This document shows positions 18,870-30,954 of a stretch of 64,000 nucleotides of DNA, piece by piece. The DNA is from Bradymonadia bacterium (GTDB lineage Bacteria; Myxococcota_A; Bradymonadia; UBA7976; UBA1532). The translations under genes were made by a program, and so were the position numbers. The DNA lies in the NCBI GenBank assembly GCA_046290225.1, contig JBKAGE010000035.1, forward strand, positions 288,001-352,000, read 5' to 3'. Positions within the stretch are counted from its first letter, which is position 1. Every line of letters starts with the position of its first letter. The notes below the pieces were generated by a model. The model did not search any database, had not been told where the DNA came from, and saw nothing but the letters and a program-made list of their open reading frames with translations.

Positions 18870-19376
18870 TCAGAGCTGATCTTCGATCTGCACCAGCGTG
18901 GGTGACGGGGATACCTCTGTTTTTTTGGGGCACTGAGCATATGTGCCATCACAGCGACCATAGAGCACCATTCGATGGTTTCCGAGGCTGAACCCATATG
19001 AACGGGCCACCTCTTCCTGACGATCCTCGATGGCGTCATCTTCGAACTCGATGACGGTGCCACAGTCGAGACACACCAGATGATCGTGATGCTCCCCTTC
19101 AACGTGGGGTTCATAACGGGTGTGATTGTCACCGAGGTTGCGGGTCGAGGCGAGACCCGCTTCGACGAGCAGCTTCATGGTGCGATACACCGTGGCATAG
19201 CCCACGGAACCGTCTTCCTTGCGCACCCACTCGTACATGTCTTCGACGCTGGGGTGATGCCCTGCCCGCTCGGGATCAAAGAAGATCTCGGTGATGAGCC
19301 GACGCTGGCGCGTGTACTTGAGCCCCTTGTGATCAAGGTGCCGGGCCAGAGCCTCTACTGCTTCCTGGGGTGTCAT
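18870..19376 (-). CDS. fur: Fur family transcriptional regulator
   Basis: TRQRRLI, ATVYRTMKLL, HHDHLVCLDCG, HRMVLYGRC. Confidence 0.92.
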   Translation of the reverse strand: MTPQEAVEALARHLDHKGLKYTRQRRLITEIFFDPERAGHHPSVEDMYEWVRKEDGSVGYATVYRTMKLLVEAGLASTRNLGDNHTRYEPHVEGEHHDHLVCLDCGTVIEFEDDAIEDRQEEVARSYGFSLGNHRMVLYGRCDGTYAQCPKKTEVSPSPTLVQIEDQL

Positions 19377-19444
19377 CGAATCCTCGCCACACTGCTGCAG
19401 GTGCCGTCGAGCCCTGAGATGACGCACCTCAAGGCCCAAATTGA

Positions 19445-19470
19445 TCGTTTTTGAAAATCGTTGAAAACGA
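19445..19470. promoter_or_regulatory. AT-rich inverted repeat, candidate Fur-family operator
   Basis: TCGTTTT-TGAAAATCGTTG-AAAACGA about 70 nt upstream of the fur start. Confidence 0.35.
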
Positions 19471-19682
19471 CTTACCACGATCTGCACTCACCGTCCATCG
19501 GTGAGCGCAATCTATGATGCACAATGCATGCAATTGGCCGCGGTGAGTTTACTCGGCAGCGACAACAGTGATATCGAACCGATGTTTCTTCGACCCAAAT
19601 CACCCTTCGACGCGTCTGCTTGAATCCATGCGCCCGCGGCACATGATCCATCATCACACATGACGCACACCATGAAATTCAT

Positions 19683-20420
19683 ATGCTTACACCCATCCTC
19701 GTCTCCCTCGCCCTGATCGGGATCATCGCTCTGCTGGTTTTGAGTGTGCGGCACACGCACCTGATCCGCCGCGACATCAGGCGCGCCCAGCGCCGGAGCG
19801 AGGCCTGGGCGCACCTGCACCAGAGCATTTCTCCGCGTATCCCACTGCCCCTCACGACACCTTGGACGGCCTCACCTGAGCTGCTGGTGATCCTCTCGGG
19901 GCTGATCGCCGAGCACACACCTCGCCGTGTCGTTGAGCTGGGCAGCGGGTTCTCCACCCTCATCTCTGCCTACACCCTTGAGCAGCACGTCGAGGGCGGA
20001 CGGGTCATCGCCTTCGACCACGAGGCGCAATACGCCCAGGCAACCCGAGACATGATCACGGCCCACGGCCTGACGGACCGGGCCACCGTCGTGCACGCGC
20101 CCCTCGACAATACCCAGACCTCCCTCGGCGAGAAGCCCTGGTATCACACCGGCGCCCTCGAGGCCGCCCTGGAAGGTGAGCAGATTGGGCTCGTGCTCGT
20201 CGACGGCCCCCCTGGGGGCACGGCCTCGCTGGCCCGTCACCCGGCCTTCGAAAAGCTGAAGCCGTTCCTGGCGCCGGACGCCCTGGTGGTCATCGACGAC
20301 TCGGCCCGCGACGACGAGCAGAAGATGATTCACCACTGGCGCACGCTCGAGCAGCTCGAGCAGAGGGATCATCCAGTGGAGAAGGGGGTGGTCGTCCTCC
20401 GCAGAGGTGCCAACGCTTAG
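19683..20420 (+). CDS. Class I SAM-dependent methyltransferase (Methyltransf_24-like) with N-terminal TM
   Basis: VVELGSGFST, VLVDGPPG, LVVIDDS. Confidence 0.85.
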   Translation: MLTPILVSLALIGIIALLVLSVRHTHLIRRDIRRAQRRSEAWAHLHQSISPRIPLPLTTPWTASPELLVILSGLIAEHTPRRVVELGSGFSTLISAYTLEQHVEGGRVIAFDHEAQYAQATRDMITAHGLTDRATVVHAPLDNTQTSLGEKPWYHTGALEAALEGEQIGLVLVDGPPGGTASLARHPAFEKLKPFLAPDALVVIDDSARDDEQKMIHHWRTLEQLEQRDHPVEKGVVVLRRGANA

Positions 20421-20451
20421 TCAGCTCATCACTGCCTTTGCTGACTACGTT

Positions 20452-21435
20452 TTATTCGGCAGCAGTGACGGTGATGGTGTGGCGCTCAATGTCGAGGCCA
20501 CCGCGATCGTCACGCACGGCGATGAGCACTTCGATCTCACCAGGCTCGTCGGGCAACGTGATGACCGAGCTGTTGCCATTGCCCGTGGTGTCGTTCCACA
20601 CCGTCACTGGCGGGTCTGTCTCGCCACCGGTCGTGTACCAGGTGTAGGTGATGCGCTCGGTGGTTTCGCCGACGTTGACGCAGCCTGAGGTGTCGTTCAC
20701 GGCGCAATCGACGGCGCACTCCTGCTGAACCTCGATGGTGTCGAAGTCGGCGTAGTCCTCTCGGGCGCCGTCGGCGAGGGCCACCGACAAGACCACCTCG
20801 GATCCTGCGGGGGCGGTGAGATCGGCGTCGTCGCCGTCGAGGGTGAACTCGGTGATCTGAGGGTTCACGTTGGCGGGGAACTCATTGTCGGCGATGAGCA
20901 GCGCGTGGGCTGTCTGCACGACCCGATCGCCCTCGACGCCGCTGGTGAGCTTCAAGAAGCTGTTGGCCCCGAAGATCTGCACCTGGGTGCGGTACAGGAT
21001 CGTCTGGGTCACATCTTCGACGCCCTCGCAGGTGTCTTCCACATAGGTCCGGAAGGCACCGATCACCGCCCCTTGGATCGCCTGAAAGTTGAAGGTGATC
21101 TGTGCAGTGTCGCCGGGGAGCGGGAACTCGAGCTCCTCGCTGGGCAGGCCGAGGGCCGTCGGATCTTCGATGCCGAGCTCATCGGTGGTGAAACACTCGA
21201 AGGCGCTGATGGTGCCGGCGCTGATGGCACACAGCGACCACGAGTAGGTGGCGCCCTCGTTGTTCACGTCGATGGCGGTGACGGTGACCTCGGCAGTGTC
21301 GGGGCGCAGCTCTGGTGGATCGAGCTGCAAACCCAGGATGCGGTATCCGTCGATGATGGTTTTCGAATCGAACTCATCCTGGCAGCCCGAGGTGAGGGCG
21401 CCGGCGAGGGCGATCATCATGAGTGCGCGCTTCAT
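20452..21435 (-). CDS. Lipoprotein partner of the TonB-dependent receptor
   Basis: Lipobox LTSGC; RILGLQLDPPE, NVNPQI, YTWYTTGG, VRDDRGG; TGATG coupling to the receptor gene. Confidence 0.85.
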   Translation of the reverse strand: MKRALMMIALAGALTSGCQDEFDSKTIIDGYRILGLQLDPPELRPDTAEVTVTAIDVNNEGATYSWSLCAISAGTISAFECFTTDELGIEDPTALGLPSEELEFPLPGDTAQITFNFQAIQGAVIGAFRTYVEDTCEGVEDVTQTILYRTQVQIFGANSFLKLTSGVEGDRVVQTAHALLIADNEFPANVNPQITEFTLDGDDADLTAPAGSEVVLSVALADGAREDYADFDTIEVQQECAVDCAVNDTSGCVNVGETTERITYTWYTTGGETDPPVTVWNDTTGNGNSSVITLPDEPGEIEVLIAVRDDRGGLDIERHTITVTAAE

Positions 21436-24224
21436 CACCACTCCCCTCTCAAGCCAAAGGACGGGATGATCGGGAGCCCGGTGATCTCCTGGCTCTCGGT
21501 GTAGTCATAGTTGTAGCTGATGCCCTCGGGGTTCCCCCGGTTGTAGGTGTTCTGCAGCTCGAAGTAAGCGTTGAGACGCCACGTGTTGTAGTTCCAGACC
21601 TTGTCGATGCGGATGTCGAGCTGGTGGAAGTCGGAGAGCCGATCGCTATTCACCACGCCACTCACAGGGCTGAAGGTGTCGTTGACGCTGTCATAGACCG
21701 AGCCGGTGATGGGGGTGGTGGGGTTGCCGGTGACATAGCGCCACCGGGTGCCCACGAACCATGTGGGGCTGAGCTTGTACTGGCCGATCAGGATCAGGTT
21801 GTGGGTCTGGTCGAGATCGAAGGGGCGCCAGGCTTCGCCGGGGTTATCTCGTCGCTCGGAGATTTGATAGGTGTAGGCGATCCAGCCGAAGAACCGCTCG
21901 CCGAGCTCGTGGCGGAGCAGGAACTCCATACCGTACGAGCGCCCAATGCCGTTGTTGTTGAACCGCACGTCGGGGCGATCGTCCCGGGTCACGAGCCGGT
22001 CGAAGTCCTTGTAGTAGAAGGTGACGTCGAGGTTCACCAAGTCGGTGAACTTGTGCTCAGCCCCGAGGGAGTAGTGGATGCCCTCCTGGAACTTCAGATC
22101 GGGGTTGCCGAAGGCCTCGTCGGTCTCGTCGGGCTGTGGCGGCTCGGCGAACATGCCCACCCCGGCCTTGAGCGAGGTGTCGGCGGTGAGCTTCCAGCGG
22201 GCGGTGAGGCGCAGCTGAGGGGCCGCCTGGCCCACCTGGGTCAAGTAGTCGACGCGGGCCCCGGGCAGAATGTTGAAGTCACCGAGCTGTAGATCGAGCT
22301 CGGTCCACACCGAAGGGGCATAGAACGTGAGCGAGGTCTGGCTGGTGATGGTCTCGGATCGATCTTCACCCTCGGGCGGATCACCCTCTTTGGGCGGACC
22401 ACCGTCGCCTTTGACGAAGATGTCGCCGTACTGGATGAAGTTGTCGGTGCCCACTCGCAGGGTGAGGTTGTCGTCGAGATCCCACTGCACCTCGTCGCGC
22501 AGGTAGTAGTCGTAGATCTTGAAGTCGAGGCGGAACACGTCGCTCACCCCGGCGAAGATCTCGTTGTACTGGAACTGCAGCTTCATGGTGTTGGTGACCT
22601 CGTCGGAGGCCCGCCACTGCCACTCGGCCTGAGCGCCGGTGAAGCCCACGTTGAACCGGGCGTTCCCCTGAATCTGCGGGTTCTCCTCCGGAGGCTCCTC
22701 GATGACCGCCACCAGCTGATCGTTGCTGGTGTAAGCGAGCACCTTGAAGGTGTGCCGCCCCTTCTCGAGATCGTAGAGAATCTGACCGTCGTAGTACCGC
22801 GGCAGGGTGCGGAAGCTCACCCCGGCGTCATCGGGCAGCACGAAGGTCAGCACGCCGTCGATGTAGCTGCGCCTGAAGGCCACGGCGAGGGCGCCGTACT
22901 CAGCGTCCTCACCGATGGGGCCTTCGACGAGAGCCGAGGCGTCGAAGACGTCGGCCTGCACCGCGCCGTGCACCCCATCGGTCTTGGGGCGCCGCAGGTT
23001 GATGTTGACGATGCCACCGTTCACGCGGCCGTACCGCGGTGAGTAGTTGCCGGGGTAGATGTCGATGTCTTCGATGAGATCGCTGTTCACCGTGGCCCGC
23101 AGGCCACCGAAGTGGAACGCCTGAGGGATCGGCAGCTCGTTGAGGTAGGGCTGAGTGAGGCCACCACCCCGCAACACGAGATCACCGGCGCCGAAGGGGA
23201 TACGAGACGCCCCAGGCAGGTTCTGGATGATGCGCAGGGCATCGCCAGAGGTGCCCGGCAGGTTTCTGATCTCCCGAATGGTGAGGGTACGCCGCGCCAC
23301 CACCTTCTTGGGCCGCCGGCCGATGATCACCATCTCCCCGGTGAAATCGACCTGCTCCATGAAGTACTCGACGGTGACCTCTTCGCCGGCGTTGACGGTC
23401 TCTTCGTCCTTGATGGGGGCGAAGTTGGGCTCCTGCACCAGGATCTGCACGGTGCCGGCGGGCACTGACTCGAAGGCGAAGCGCCCCTTCTCGTCGGTGA
23501 AGGCGTCGAGATCAGTGCCTTCGATGATCACACGCAGGCCGCCGAGGCCCTCGCCGGTGCCCTTCTTCCGCAGACGCCCCTTGAGCACGCCCACGTCGAC
23601 GTTTGACGGCACCTCGACCTCTTCGACCTGGGGCTCGAAGACGTACTGGTACTCGATCTGTACGCCGAAGGGCTCGCCGTCGGCGGTGGCGGGGCTGAAG
23701 ACGAACTGCTTCGCCGCCTCGAGGGCCGCGGTGTCGAACTCGGCGCCACCAGACTTGGTCACGGAGACCTCGGTCACGGCACCTTGCTCGTCGATGGTGA
23801 TCAGCATGATCACCTCGGCGCTCTGCCGCGCCTCAAGGGCTGCCGGTGGATACACGGCTTCGACGAACTTGAGCAACTTGGGGGCCACGAGCTTGGGGCC
23901 GTCCTGCTCTTCGCCCTCTGCAGGCTGGGACTCGACGGGCTGGGCCTCAACAGGCACGCCCTCGGGGGGCTGCCCAGCCTCGGGTGACTCGGTCTGCTGA
24001 TCGGCGCCCTCTGGTGTTGCCGGGGTGGACTCGACGGGGGTCGACTCCACGGCCTCACCTTCGCCCTCGTCGAGGATGATCTCTTCTCCATCGTCCTCGT
24101 CTTCTTCGATGAGGATGATTTCGTCGTCATCATCTTCTGTCTGGGCAAAGGCGATGGCGGGGCATGTGAGGGCGAAGGTCAGCCACCACAGTGTCAGACC
24201 ACCTCTGAAGGGGGGTGTGCGCAT
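21435..24224 (-). CDS. TonB-dependent receptor with fused TonB C-terminal and carboxypeptidase-regulatory-like domains
   Basis: YPPAALEA...IDEQGAV...FDTAALEAAKQFVFSPA; plug motifs IQNLPG, HFGG, YGRVNGG; barrel ending PSFGLRGEW. Confidence 0.92.
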   Translation of the reverse strand: MRTPPFRGGLTLWWLTFALTCPAIAFAQTEDDDDEIILIEEDEDDGEEIILDEGEGEAVESTPVESTPATPEGADQQTESPEAGQPPEGVPVEAQPVESQPAEGEEQDGPKLVAPKLLKFVEAVYPPAALEARQSAEVIMLITIDEQGAVTEVSVTKSGGAEFDTAALEAAKQFVFSPATADGEPFGVQIEYQYVFEPQVEEVEVPSNVDVGVLKGRLRKKGTGEGLGGLRVIIEGTDLDAFTDEKGRFAFESVPAGTVQILVQEPNFAPIKDEETVNAGEEVTVEYFMEQVDFTGEMVIIGRRPKKVVARRTLTIREIRNLPGTSGDALRIIQNLPGASRIPFGAGDLVLRGGGLTQPYLNELPIPQAFHFGGLRATVNSDLIEDIDIYPGNYSPRYGRVNGGIVNINLRRPKTDGVHGAVQADVFDASALVEGPIGEDAEYGALAVAFRRSYIDGVLTFVLPDDAGVSFRTLPRYYDGQILYDLEKGRHTFKVLAYTSNDQLVAVIEEPPEENPQIQGNARFNVGFTGAQAEWQWRASDEVTNTMKLQFQYNEIFAGVSDVFRLDFKIYDYYLRDEVQWDLDDNLTLRVGTDNFIQYGDIFVKGDGGPPKEGDPPEGEDRSETITSQTSLTFYAPSVWTELDLQLGDFNILPGARVDYLTQVGQAAPQLRLTARWKLTADTSLKAGVGMFAEPPQPDETDEAFGNPDLKFQEGIHYSLGAEHKFTDLVNLDVTFYYKDFDRLVTRDDRPDVRFNNNGIGRSYGMEFLLRHELGERFFGWIAYTYQISERRDNPGEAWRPFDLDQTHNLILIGQYKLSPTWFVGTRWRYVTGNPTTPITGSVYDSVNDTFSPVSGVVNSDRLSDFHQLDIRIDKVWNYNTWRLNAYFELQNTYNRGNPEGISYNYDYTESQEITGLPIIPSFGLRGEW

Positions 24225-24417
24225 GGCCTCCTCGGCGTTGTGTCGCGGCAGTTTAGATGGCTCTTCGGGCATTTGGTCGCCCGCGATCCGCTGCAGGAGC
24301 ATAACGAGGCCGCCGAGGAGGTGCCTTCTTCTTCACGGTTCTTTATGTGATGGGGGAGAGAAAATCGCCGGGTCTGTGCCATGTCGCAGATGCGTCATGC
24401 CTCTGACTCGAAGGGGC

Positions 24418-27400
24418 CTATTCCGGACAGGCTGCTGGTGCTACGGCCTCAGGGCATTGACCGGACAAGCCCCATGGTGATCCTTGTCGCACGTCATCGA
24501 CGTACCAAGTCGGGCCCACATGGCCTGGCTCGATCATGCACACAGCCTGAGGATCAGGCTGCGGTTGCGCGCAGCTGCCAGGATCATCAGCAAGCACGAT
24601 TCGGGGAGAGCCCTCGGCGAGTGCGAGGCTACACAACCCACCGACGAGTTCGTCTCCTGCCAACTCCCCGACAGGATCAGCTTCGAGCGCGATGTCGCCA
24701 TACAGACTGTCAGAGATCGCCAGGGTGCCTTCAGGCCCCTCGGTGAAGACGCCAGTACCCTCATAGGCTAGGCTGTTCGAAATCTGCACGATGCTCCCTA
24801 CATCGACCACCCGAACAGCAGCGCCAGGGATGGCGGGTGGATCGACCAGACCCAGAGGGTTGCTCCACCCTTCCATCGCGAGACACGTCTCGTGTACCCG
24901 AGAGTTTCCATCCAAGCGAGCGACGGTGAGGTGACTGATCTGGTGCAAGCCCTGACCTGATACTTCGACGCCCACAGCGTCTCGGCCGCTGAGCGACTGA
25001 ATCAGCACATGATCAAACCTCGCCCCCGAGTTGTCGAGTTGGATGCCCACAGCACGACCGTCGACACCACCACACATCGCACGGGCAGGATGCGCAGGTG
25101 AGCCCACGCCACCTTGTACACCGCTGACGAGCACCTGCTCGAAAATCACATTGGGGCTGGACTCCACCCATATCCCGACCCCATCTGCGCCATGGCTTCT
25201 GTTCGTTGGCTGGTCGATCGGCCGACCGGCCTCACCACCCACGATGTTGAACACACGGCTCCGACGTACGATGGCCCCAGGAGAATCGTGGATGCGTATC
25301 CCCACGCCAGGATCTCCCGGTGTCGGGTATCCATCGATGCCTGGACCATTCACGCCCACAGCACCCTGAATGCCACCGATCTCCGCATCAGAGATGATCA
25401 CGCCAGGGCACTCGACGACCACGAGCTTGCCCACGTTGGTGGTGTCGGCGCGGGTCACGGCGACAGGGGCCATGATCTCTTCGCCCTGGGCACCATCACA
25501 ATGTCGGTAGAAGACAGGCTCGCACTCGATGAAGTTGGGTAGAGCGAGGTCGAAGGCGTTGTATCGAGTGAAGTCTTCGAAATACACGCCGAAGGCCGTG
25601 CCATTGGCTGATGCTTCGTCTGGATCCGTCCACGGGAAGGCGTTACCGGACCGAATGCCCACGGCGCCGCCTTCTCCTGGATTCACCGACTCGAAGGCGT
25701 TGTCGACCACGACGTTGTTGATCGCGTCGGCCGACAAGCGAATGCCCATGGCATGACCCCCACGGCCGGCATTGCTCGAGGCGTGCATGTCGCCCCCAGG
25801 GCCACCGTTGAGCCCCTGACCGCGGTTGCCGGAGATGCGGCCGCTCGAAGCATCTCCCAGCGCCATGGCGACCGCCTCACCGCCCACTCCAGCATGGGTA
25901 ACTTGTACGAGCCCACTCGGATACAGTCCACCCAGGCCAGCAGTCAGCTCCGAGATTTGATTGTTCTCGAGAACGAAGTCTCGCGCGGCGGCAATGTCCA
26001 AGCCCACGACATCGCCCCCCGTGTTGCCGTAGAAAATCCCGTCGGTGTATCCGTGCACGCGGTTGGACCGAATCGTGTTCCCAGTGCCCCCTCGCAGAGC
26101 CGTGATGGTCACTTCACGGATCGAAACCCCCCTGGGCAGCGCCGCACCTTCCCTGGGGCCGACGAGTACACCTCTCACCCGCTCCGCGGGATCGAACTCC
26201 ACTCTTTGGTCTGCAACGGGTACTTGGAGGTCTTTGAACAAATAGCCACATCGACCCTCAAGGTTGCTCACAGTGGTGTTGTGCAGGGCACATTGCTCAC
26301 CACACGACATCCACACTCCGGTGTGACACAGGTCACTGGCATTGATGGTGGATTCTTCCACCCGAGCGAAATCACCGGCGATCTCGACGATGGCGTCGGT
26401 GCACCGGTGAGCAAAATGCCGGCAAGCCTCCCCACCCTCTTCCTCTTCTTCACCAGGGAACACACTCACCCTCAACCCCCTCATGGCCGCAAAACGGCCC
26501 GCGAGAATGACGCTGGGCCCTTCGGAGGAGGTCGGCACGCTCACAGGCGCATCTTCACCCTCGATGCGTGTGAGGGCCGGCACCTCAAGCGTCTCAGTCT
26601 CGATTGAGGGGTTGAGGACCACGACTCGACGGGCCTCCCCCGGCTGAGGGTTGGCGCTGATGAAGGTCAGAGCTGCAGAGATGGTGACAAACGGGCGCAG
26701 AGCCGAGCCGTCGGCCTCACCATCGAAGTTGGCGAATCTGTCCACATAGAAGGGGGCGACGTTGGCCCACTCCACTTCGCAGCCATCGTTGGCGACGCCG
26801 TTGGCGTCGATGAAGCCAGGGGCACACTCGGTGAGGGTACAGACCTGCTCGACACACTCGGTGGTGGCGTTGGCGCCAGCACACGGGGTGTTGCACGCGC
26901 CGCAATGCTCGGCGCTGCTCAGCACACCCTCGTCAGTGTTGCCATCGCAGTCGTTATCAGCCTCGTCGCACACTTCGGGCTCGGGGCTGCCTGGGGTGAC
27001 CTCGCACTGCTCGGTCCCATTGGGCGAGCACACATAGGCACCTTCGGCTTCACATGCACCAATGCCCCCAAAGCATGGCTCTCCGATGCGGAAGCCCTCG
27101 TCGATCTCACCATCACAGTCATCGTCTCGGCCCGTGCCGCACAGCTCCGCCTCTCCTGGTGGTGCGGGTGTGGCATTGCACTCGAGGTCACTGCCGTCGA
27201 GGGTGCACACGAACTGGCCCCCACGCCGACACTCACCCACACCCAACTGACACACGGCACCCAAATCGGGGAACCGCTCGTCGAGCTGGCCATCGCAATC
27301 TTCGTCGATGCCGGTACCACACAGCTCAACCGCAACCTCGCCCGGCTCGGCATCACAGAAGGTGCCGTCGCGCGCAACGTTGCACACGTTGACCCCTACC

Positions 27401-28353
27401 CGAAGGCAAGCGCCCTGGCCCACATCGCATGCCTCACCCAGATCCTCGAAAGCCTCGTCGGTCTCACCATCACAGTCGTTATCGTTCCCATCACACAGCT
27501 CATCAGCTGGCTCGCCTGGGGTCGCGTCGCAGACCAGGCCACCATCACCACACACCCGAGCCCCGTTGGCAGCGCACTGCCCCACGCCCTCGCTGCACGG
27601 CTCACCGAGCCCCTCGACATTGTCGATGTTGCCGTCACAGTCATCATCGACGTCATTGCAGAACTCGACGCCAGGTGCTCCGGCTTCTGCATCACATTGG
27701 GTGCCTACACCATCGTCAGTGCAGACAATCATGCCTTCGACTGCACATGCCCCCACACCTTCGGTGCAGGCTTCACCCAGGCCGTCGAACGTCTCGTCGG
27801 CATTGCCATCGCAATCGTCATCGATGCCATTGCACACCTCTTCGGCAGGCTCGCCGAGCTCGGCATCACACACGCGACCTTCTGGTGTACATGCCCACGT
27901 ACCATCTGCTGCACAGATGCCCTCACCCGCTCTGCAGGCTTCTCCGAGGCCTTCGACGTTGTCAGCAGTGCCATCGCAATCGTCATCGACCCCGTTGCAC
28001 ACCTCTTCAGAGGGCACACATGGCGGCTCTGTCTCAGACCCATCAACAGCCATGTCTTCTGGCTCAGGGCCAGCATCACGCTCTGGATCTACAAGGCGCA
28101 TATCGACTGCGGCGTCGACATCTGGCGACATGTCTTCCCCATCGGGGATCACACGGTCGGGTAAGCCATCATCTCGCATCTCGTCGGGCAGATTCTCGGC
28201 GTCCGGGCCACTCAATGGCGCAACACACCTGTTCGAGACACACACCTTGCCTCCACCTGCGCAGTCTTCGTCGACATCACAGCTGAGCGGCTCAGCAAAG
28301 TCACACCCAGTGCTCGAAAGCATGAGGGCCATCAAGAGCGTGTATTTCTTCAC
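24418..28353 (-). CDS. Large Cys-rich surface lipoprotein with seven D[DNE]DCDG repeats and a beta-helix-like C-terminal region
   Basis: Lipobox STGC; repeats such as CNGVDDDCDG; ADGSALRPFVTISAAL precedes a Gly-rich parallel beta-helix-like region; GTGA overlap with upstream gene. Confidence 0.85.
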   Translation of the reverse strand: MKKYTLLMALMLSSTGCDFAEPLSCDVDEDCAGGGKVCVSNRCVAPLSGPDAENLPDEMRDDGLPDRVIPDGEDMSPDVDAAVDMRLVDPERDAGPEPEDMAVDGSETEPPCVPSEEVCNGVDDDCDGTADNVEGLGEACRAGEGICAADGTWACTPEGRVCDAELGEPAEEVCNGIDDDCDGNADETFDGLGEACTEGVGACAVEGMIVCTDDGVGTQCDAEAGAPGVEFCNDVDDDCDGNIDNVEGLGEPCSEGVGQCAANGARVCGDGGLVCDATPGEPADELCDGNDNDCDGETDEAFEDLGEACDVGQGACLRVGVNVCNVARDGTFCDAEPGEVAVELCGTGIDEDCDGQLDERFPDLGAVCQLGVGECRRGGQFVCTLDGSDLECNATPAPPGEAELCGTGRDDDCDGEIDEGFRIGEPCFGGIGACEAEGAYVCSPNGTEQCEVTPGSPEPEVCDEADNDCDGNTDEGVLSSAEHCGACNTPCAGANATTECVEQVCTLTECAPGFIDANGVANDGCEVEWANVAPFYVDRFANFDGEADGSALRPFVTISAALTFISANPQPGEARRVVVLNPSIETETLEVPALTRIEGEDAPVSVPTSSEGPSVILAGRFAAMRGLRVSVFPGEEEEEGGEACRHFAHRCTDAIVEIAGDFARVEESTINASDLCHTGVWMSCGEQCALHNTTVSNLEGRCGYLFKDLQVPVADQRVEFDPAERVRGVLVGPREGAALPRGVSIREVTITALRGGTGNTIRSNRVHGYTDGIFYGNTGGDVVGLDIAAARDFVLENNQISELTAGLGGLYPSGLVQVTHAGVGGEAVAMALGDASSGRISGNRGQGLNGGPGGDMHASSNAGRGGHAMGIRLSADAINNVVVDNAFESVNPGEGGAVGIRSGNAFPWTDPDEASANGTAFGVYFEDFTRYNAFDLALPNFIECEPVFYRHCDGAQGEEIMAPVAVTRADTTNVGKLVVVECPGVIISDAEIGGIQGAVGVNGPGIDGYPTPGDPGVGIRIHDSPGAIVRRSRVFNIVGGEAGRPIDQPTNRSHGADGVGIWVESSPNVIFEQVLVSGVQGGVGSPAHPARAMCGGVDGRAVGIQLDNSGARFDHVLIQSLSGRDAVGVEVSGQGLHQISHLTVARLDGNSRVHETCLAMEGWSNPLGLVDPPAIPGAAVRVVDVGSIVQISNSLAYEGTGVFTEGPEGTLAISDSLYGDIALEADPVGELAGDELVGGLCSLALAEGSPRIVLADDPGSCAQPQPDPQAVCMIEPGHVGPTWYVDDVRQGSPWGLSGQCPEAVAPAACPE

Positions 28354-29315
28354 CAGCGCACCTCCAGGGTGGTCATGCCAGGACCTGGGTTGAGCGACAC
28401 CGAAGCCCCCGAATCGTCTTCCCACATCAGCCAGGCCGCCCCCGCAGCAGTGAGCACCGCTCCAGCGCCCAAGCTGAGCCACATGGCGGTGCTGGCGTTG
28501 TCGAAATCACCTTCGAGACGGTCGTACTGCTCGGTCTCATGGGGCTCGAGTGCCTCTGCATCTGACTTTGCCCCCGAGGCCTGCACGGCGAACCATACGC
28601 CAGCGCCCAGGGCCAGCACCCCAGCGCCCATGGTGATCCATGGTCCAACCTCAGACCCCCCAGTGGCTGGGGGCATCTCGATTTTCTCGGGATCCACCTT
28701 CACGACAGGTTGCTCAGCCTGCTTGGGTGCCTGCTTCACCACCTGCTTGATGACAGGCTTCAATGCCACGTCGACTGTTTGAGGCGGGCCAGCGAAGGGC
28801 ACCTTCAGTTCGATGCGCGCACTCTCGTGACCTTTGAGGGTGACAAGCACCGTGTACTCGCCAGGCAACCAACTCTTCTTCAGTGGGGATTGCCCCAATG
28901 CCTCGTCGCCGACTTGCAGGGCTGCACCTGCAGGTGACGTCGTGATACGCACTGGAATCTCGCACTCCTTCTCGATGCGCTGCATCCGCTTCACCACGAA
29001 GTCTGCCACCCCGCAGTCGAAGCGCTCGCACGCCACTCGATATGACCGGATCGCCGTCAGCGCTTCGTCACAAGCCCTCAACTCGTGCTGCGCGAAGGAG
29101 ATCCCCACCAACGGCTCCGGATCTGCGGCGCATGCAACCCGAGCCGCTTCGTAGCTCTTCAGCGCTGCTTCATGATCCCCCGCCCGGTAGTGATCGTTGC
29201 CTTGCCTGATGTGCTCGCCAAAGGCGCGTGGACACTCTGCTGGTGCCCCGCGCACCGGTGAGCCAAGGCACATGACAGCGGCCATGGCCCCGATGCAGAT
29301 CATCGACCTGTTCAT
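28350..29315 (-). CDS. Secreted TPR + PEGA domain protein with C-terminal TM hairpin
   Basis: Signal peptide, TPR-like helices, ITTSPAGAALQV...GQSPL...GEYTV. Confidence 0.85.
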   Translation of the reverse strand: MNRSMICIGAMAAVMCLGSPVRGAPAECPRAFGEHIRQGNDHYRAGDHEAALKSYEAARVACAADPEPLVGISFAQHELRACDEALTAIRSYRVACERFDCGVADFVVKRMQRIEKECEIPVRITTSPAGAALQVGDEALGQSPLKKSWLPGEYTVLVTLKGHESARIELKVPFAGPPQTVDVALKPVIKQVVKQAPKQAEQPVVKVDPEKIEMPPATGGSEVGPWITMGAGVLALGAGVWFAVQASGAKSDAEALEPHETEQYDRLEGDFDNASTAMWLSLGAGAVLTAAGAAWLMWEDDSGASVSLNPGPGMTTLEVRW

Positions 29316-29487
29316 GAGCAGCCTCCCCCAGAATCCTGAAAACAAAGACATTTTAGGTATAAACGGCGTCATACTTGTGATTTGGGATGCGTAAATGCAA
29401 CCACTTTCCCGACAGACTCTGCTCACACCACATCAGACATTCAGATATGTTCGCGCTCTCGAAATCAGATGTTGAAGCGGCCTGCGG

Positions 29488-30942
<1,455 letters not shown>

Positions 30943-30954
30943 AGCGCATAGCTG

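Noticed and set aside
18700..18870. Replication origin
   Set aside because: Only two imperfect DnaA boxes, no AT-rich unwinding element, and no dnaA/dnaN nearby
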